Part shown: positions 57,545 through 64,000 of the stretch, piece by piece
Layout of the letters: each line of letters opens with the position of its first letter
How positions within the stretch are numbered: the stretch's first letter is position 1
Source: the human T2T-CHM13v2.0 reference genome, Homo sapiens
Strand: one strand, 5' to 3'
Length of the DNA: 64,000 nt
NCBI RefSeq assembly: GCF_009914755.1
Contig: NC_060931.1
Notes under the pieces: model-generated
Told to the model about the DNA's origin: nothing
The model's database searches: none
Seen by the model: the letters and a program-made list of their open reading frames with translations, nothing else
Made by a program: the position numbers and the translations under genes

Positions 57545-60500
57545 GGGGAGAGGACAAGATGGCCTACTAGAAGCAGCGGTGATTGGAGGCTCCCATCAGA
57601 AAAACCATAATAAGTGTGTGAATCCTTCACTGGCAGCCATGGTATCCAAGTTCTCTCATCAAAATTGATGTGAAGGTTTGTCAAAGATCAGATAGTTGTA
57701 GATGTGTGGTGTTATTTCTGAGGCCTCTATTCTGTTCCTAATGTAAATGACAGGTTGATGGTACAGCAAACCAACATGGCACATGTATACCTACGTAACA
57801 AACCTGCACATTGTGCACATGTACCCTAGAACTTAAAGTATAATGATAAAAAATAAATAAATAAAAGTCGCTGCTATTGTAAAAAAAAAAATTGACTAGA
57901 AGGCGGGCATTACCCACCGAGAGAAGGAAGAGCAGTGTGGTATGGTGGACCATCTGAAAGCAACACGGGAAAGGGGAGCCCCCACTCCCCAGAGAAGGGA
58001 GACTGTGAGTGGTGTGATACCCAGCTGGGGAAACTGTGCTTTTTCCACAGAACTGTGCAACCCACCAATCGGAAGATCCCACTTGTGAACCCATGCCACC
58101 AGGGCCTAGCACCAAACTCTGAAACAAGCAGATTCTTACCGCCTCTCAGCTGGAATCTGCTTAAGCCTATCAGACTCCCATGGGGAGATGCGATCAGCAT
58201 TGGCTGCAGCTGCCTGCTGTCTAAGCCATTTGAGCTCCTTGGGGGAGGGACAGCAGCCAGCACTGGGACTCACAACTGCCAAACATGCTAAGCTCCCTGG
58301 GCAAGGGAAGGGTGGCTGTCATTTCTATAGCTCCAGGCTTCCTCTGCTAGAGGCAGGGAGGCTGAACAGCTTGTTCCCAAGACTTGTCCTGACAGCCCAA
58401 CCTACCACCTGTGGCAGTCTGTGGCCATAGTGCTTCTTCAGGCCCAGCCGTAACCCATCCTTCCTCAGTGGATGGGGCTTCCCTGCAGGATCTCCAGTAA
58501 CTCCAGCCAGAGGCTCAGGAACAGAATTCGGATCTCCCTGGACCTGAAACCCTAGGGGGAGGAGTGGCCGCAGTCTCTGCGGACCAGCAGACTTAGCCTT
58601 TCCTCCTGGTAGTTCTGAGGAATCCAGGCAGCCCAGATGAGTGGGTTTCCCCACAGCAAAACATACCCTTCCACCAAGGGACAAAGTGCTTCCTTAAATA
58701 GTTCCTGCTCCCATGCCACCCAACTGGATGAGACCATCCAACGGGGGTAGTCAGACACCCTATACAGGAGTGGTCCTACTGGCATCAGTTTGGTGCCCCT
58801 CTAAGACAGAGGTCCCAGCAGAAGAAGCAGGCAACCAACTTTGCTGCTCTGCAGCCTCCTTGAGTGACATCTCCAGGGACAGGAACGAATCAGATGAATA
58901 GGGCCTGAAGTGAACTCTAGCAAACTGTGGCAGCCCTACAGAAGAGGGATCTGACTACTGAAAGAAAAACAAGCAGAAAAGCAACAACAGCATCAACAAC
59001 AACAACAAAAAGATCTCCACAAAAACCCCATTCAAGGTTCAGCAGCCTCGAAGATGAAAACTGGACAAACTCATGAAGATGAGAAAGAATCAATGAAAAA
59101 ATGCTAAAAACCCAAAAGGCTAGAGGGCCTCTTCTCCTCCAAATGATTGCAATGTCTCTCCATCAAGGACAAAGAACTGGGTGGGGGAGCAAATGGATGA
59201 ATTGACAGAAGTAGGCTTCAGAAGATGGGTAATATAAAACTACGGTGAACTAAAGGAGCATATTCTAACCTAATGCAAAGAATGCTAAGAACCTTGATAA
59301 AAGGTTAGAAGAATTGCTAACTAAAATAACCAGTTTAGGGAGGAACATAAACGACCTGATGGAGCTGAAAAACACCTCATGAGAACTTCGTGAAGCATAC
59401 AGAATATCAACAGCTGAATAGACCAGGCAGAAAGAAGAAAGGATATCAGAGTTTGAAGACCACTTTACTGAAATAAGACATGCAGACAAGAATAGAGAAA
59501 AAAAATGAAACAAGCCTCTAAGAAATATGAGTCTTCATAAAAAGACCAAACCTATAATTGATCGGAGTGCCAGAAGGAGATGGGGAGAATGGAAATAAGC
59601 AGGAAAACACACTTCAGGATATTATGCAGAAGAACTTCCCCAACCTAGCAAGACAGGCCAGCATACAAATCCAGGAAATACAGAGAACACCACTAAGATA
59701 CTCCATGAGAAGATTAACCCCAAGACACATAATCATCAGATTCTTCAAGGTAGAAATGAAGTAAAAATTGTTAAGGGCAGCCAGGGAGAAAGGCCGGGTC
59801 ACCTACAAAGGGAAGCCCCTAAGACTAACAGTGGAACTCTCAGCAGAAACTCTACCAGCCAGAAGAGATTGGAGGCCAATATTCAATATTCTTAAATGAA
59901 AGAATTTCCAGCCCACAATTTCATATCCAGCCAGACTAAGCTTCGTAAGCAAAGAAGAAATAAAATCCTTTCCAGACAAGCAAATGCTGAGGGATTCTGT
60001 TACCACCACGCGTGCCCTGCAAGAGCTCTTAAAAGAAGCACTAAATATGGAAAGGAAAAACCGGTACCAGCCAGTGCAAAAATACACCAAAATATAAAGA
60101 CCAATGACACTACGAAGAAACTCCATCAACTAGTGTGCAAAATAACCAAATAGCAGCATGATGACAGGATAAATTCACATATACCAATACTAACCTTAAA
60201 TGTAAGTGGGCTAAATGCCTCAATTAAAAGACACAGACTGGCAAATTGGATAAGGAATCAAGATCCATCAGTGTGCTGTATTTAGTAGACCCATCTCATG
60301 TGCAAAGACACACATAGACTCAAAATAAAGGGATGGAGGAAATTTACCAAGCAAATGGAAAGCAAAAAAAAAAAAAAAAAGCAGGGATTGGAATCCTAGT
60401 CTCTGACAAAACAGACTTTAAACCAACAAAGATTAAAAAAGACAAAGAAGAGCATTACACAATGGTAAAGGGAACAACTCAAAAAGAACAGCTAACTATA

Positions 60501-63500
60501 TTCTAAATATGTATGTACCCAATACAGGAACATCCAGATTCATAAAACAAGTTCTTAGAGACCTATGAGGAGACTTACACTTCCACAAAATAGTAGTGGG
60601 AAACTTTAACACCCATTGTCAATATGAGACAGATCAACAAGACAGGAAATTAACAAGGATATTCAGGACTTGAACTTAGCTCTGGATCAAGCAGACCTAG
60701 TAGATATCTACAGAACTCTCTACCCCAAATCAACAGAATGTACATTCTTCTCAGTGCCACATGGCACTTACTCTAGAATCAACCAAATTAATTGGAAGTA
60801 AATCACTCCCCAGCAAATGCAAAAGGACTGAAATCATAACAGTCTCTCAGACCACAATGCAATCAAATTAGAACTCAGGATTAAGAAACTCACTCAAAAC
60901 CACACAATTTCCTGGAAATTGAACAACCTGCTGCTGAATGACTCCTGGGTAAATAATGAAGTTAAGGCAGAAATAAAGAAGTTCCTTGAAACCAGTGAGA
61001 ACAAAGAAACAATGTACCAGAATCTCTGGGACACAGCTAAACCAGTCTTGAGAGGGAAGTTTATAGCACTGAATGCTCGCATCAGAAAGCTAGAAAAATT
61101 TCAAATTGACACCCTAACATCACAATTAAAAGAGCTAGAGAGGCAATAGCAAATGAATCCAAAAGCTAGCAGAAGACAGGAAATAACTAAGATCAGAGAA
61201 GAATTGAAGGAGATAGAGACACATAAAAAAAAAACTCCAAAAAATAAATGAATCCAGGAACTGGTGTTTTGAAAAAATTAACAAAATACACAGCCTCCTA
61301 GCTAGACTAATAAAGAAGAAGAGGGAGAAGAATCAAATAGGCACAATAAAAAATGTTAAAGGGGATATCACCACTGACCCCACAGAAATACAGACTACCA
61401 TCAGAGAATACTATAAACACCTCTACGCAAATAAACTTAGAAAATCTAGAAGAAATGGATAAATCCCTGGACACATATACCCTACTAAGACTAAACCAGG
61501 AAGAAGTCTAATCCCTGAGTAGACCAATAACAAGTTCTGAAATTGAGGCAGTAAACAAACAAACAAAAGCCCCGGACCAGATGGATTCACAGCTGAATTC
61601 TACCAGAAATACAAAGACGAGCTGCTACCATTCCTTTTGAAACTATTCCAAACAATTGAAAAAGAGGGGCCCCTTCCTAACTCATTTTATGAAGCCAGCA
61701 TCATCCTCATAACAAAACTGGGAAGATAAACAACAAACACAGAAAACTTCAGGCCAATATCCCTGATGAACGTCAGTGCAAAAATCCTCAATAAATTATT
61801 GGCAAACTGAATCCAGCAGCACATCAAAAATCTTATCCACCACGATCAAGTTGGCTTCATCCCTGGGATGCAAGGCTGGCTTAACATATGCAAATCAATA
61901 AATGTAATCCATCACATAATCAGAACCAGTGACAAAAACCAAATGATTATCTCAATAGATGCAGAAAAGGCCTTTGATGAAATTCAATGTTCTTTCAAGT
62001 TAAAACTCTCAATAGACTAGATATTGACAGAACATATCTCAAAATAGTGAGAGCTATTTATGACAAACCCACAGCCAATATCATATTGAATGGGCAAAAG
62101 CTGGAAGCATTCCCTTTGAAAATTGGTACAAGGCAAGGATGCCCTGTCTCACCACTCCTATTCAATATAGTGTTGGAAGTTCTGGCCAGGGCAATCAGGC
62201 AAGAGAAAGAAATAAAGGGTATTCAAAGAGAGAGGAAGTCAAGTTGTCTCTGTTTGCAGATGACATGATTTTGTATTTAGAAAACCCAATCATCTGAGCC
62301 CAAAAACTTCTTGAACTGAAATGCAACTTCAGCAAAGTCTCAGAATACAAAATCAATGTCCAAAAATCACAAGCACTCCTTTATGGTAACAGTAGGCAAG
62401 CAGACAGCCAAATCATGAATGAACATTCATTCACAATTGCTAGAAAGAGAATAAAATACCTAGGAATAGAGCTAACAAGGGATTTGAAGGACCTCTTCAA
62501 GGGGAACTACAAACCATTGCTCAAGGAAATAAGAAAGGGCACAAACAAATGGAAAAACATTCCATGCTCAAGGATAGGAAGAGTCAATATCATGAAAATG
62601 GCCATACTGTCCAAAGTAATTTATAGATTCAATGGTATCCCCATCAATCTACCACTGACATTCTTCACAGTATTAGAATAAAACCATTTTAAATTTCATA
62701 TGGAATCAAAGAACACCCGTTTAGCCAGGACAATCTTAAGCAAAAAGAACAAAGCTGGAGGCATCACGCTACCTGACTTCAAACTATGCTACAGGGCTAC
62801 AGTGATCAAAACAGCATGGTACAGGTACCAAAACAGACATATAGATCAATGGAGCAGGACATAGATCTCAGAAATATCACCACACATCTGCAACTATCTG
62901 ATCTTTGACAAACCTGACAAAAACAAGCAATGGGGAAAGGATCTCCTATTCAGTAAATGGTGCTGGAAAAACTGGCTAGCCATATGTGGAAAACTGAAAC
63001 TGGAACCCTTCCTTAATGCCTTATACAAAATTTAGTGCAAGATGGCTTAACGGCTTAAATGTAAAACCCAAAATCATAAAAACCCTAGAGGAAAACCTAG
63101 GCTGTACTATCCAGTACATAGGCATGGACAAAGATGTCATGACAGAAACGCCAAAAATAATTGCAACAAAAGCCAAAACTGACAAATGGGAACTAATTAA
63201 ACTTAAGAGCTTCTGCACAGCAAAAGAAAGTATCATCAGAGTCAACAGGCAACCTACAGAATAGGAGAAAATTTTTGCAAGCTACCCATCTGACAAAGGT
63301 CTAATATCCAGAATTTACAAGGAACATAAACACATTTACAGTAAAAAGACAACCCTCCCGAAAAAAGTGGGCAAAGGATATGAACACTTCTCAAAGAAGA
63401 CATTTACACGACCAACAAACATGAAAAAAATCTCAACATCACTGATCATCAGAGAAATGCAAATCAAAACCACAACGAGATACCATCTCATGCCAGTCAG

Positions 63501-64000
63501 AATGACAATTATTAAAAAGTCGGGAAACAATAGATGGTGGCGAGGTGTGCAATAGGAATGCTTTTACTTGTTGGTGGGATTGTCAGCCTTTGTGGAAGAC
63601 AGTGTGGCGATTTCTCAGGGATCTAGAACCAGAAGTACCATTTGACTCAGCAATCCCATTATAGGGTATATACCCAAAGGATTATAAATCATTCTACTAT
63701 GAAGACACATGTACACATATGTTTATTGCAGCACTATTTACAATAGCAAAGACAGGGAAGCAACCCAAATGCCCATCAGTGATAGACTGGATAAAGAAAA
63801 TGTGGCACATATACACCATGGAATGCTATGCAGCCGTAAAAAGAAATGAGATCATGTCCTTTGCAGGGATATGGATGAAACTGGAAGCCATCATTCTCAG
63901 CAATCACAGGAACACAAAACCAAATACTGCATGTTCTCACTCATAAGTGGGAGTTGAACATTGAGAACACATGGACACAGAGAGGAACAAAACACACCAG
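57545..64000 (+). mobile_element. Near full-length L1PA (about L1PA10-12 age), inactive; ORF1 ~59079-60100, ORF2 60161-63957, both disrupted; continues past the window end
   Basis: 5' ggggagaggacaagatggcc. ORF1 peptides (IGVPEGDGENG, TPRHIIIRF). ORF2 begins ATGACAGGA, with RT motifs GTRQGCP and FADD (62253-62264) and C-terminal MFIAALFTIAK. Many stops and frameshifts. Confidence 0.96.
57669..57887 (+). mobile_element. Younger L1PA5-7-like insertion, 5'-inverted and truncated, inside the host L1 5' UTR
   Basis: Antisense ORF2 piece 57669-57738, sense 3' end 57737-57866, tag 57867-57880, second A-run; TSD aaaattga at 57661-57668 and 57888-57895. Confidence 0.9.

Noticed and set aside
57738-63946. 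Many ORFs with RT, endonuclease or ORF1 similarity
   Set aside because: Fragments of a dead L1 with multiple stops and frameshifts; not a functional retroelement or a novel RT system.

Overview
Human genomic DNA, AT-rich and CpG-poor, with no CpG island; the AluYb9 copy at 52.6 kb belongs to a human-specific subfamily. The window lies inside the CDK14 (PFTK1/PFTAIRE-1) gene on the + strand. It holds one genuine coding exon, 41259-41353 (95 nt, [32 protein letters not shown]), which the ORF track misses; the rest is intron. The introns are packed with transposon relics: a complete THE1 (MaLR) provirus with an Alu inside it, a MER11 solo LTR, MSTB, Tigger3b, MADE2, about 10 Alus, L2/MIR/L3 and old L1M fragments, and a nearly full-length sense-oriented L1PA at the right end. 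None of the listed ORFs is a credible gene; most are transposon-derived or chance ORFs. I see no evidence of a new multi-gene system. The most unusual structures are local rearrangement footprints that I cannot assign to known repeats: a 114-bp, ~94%-identical inverted repeat next to a 126-bp dispersed direct duplication, a 43-bp templated insertion, a chain of overlapping palindromes, and a 5'-inverted L1 with a putative 14-nt 3' transduction nested in the 5' UTR of an older L1. Repeat subfamily names come from remembered consensus sequences, and boundaries of old repeats are approximate.
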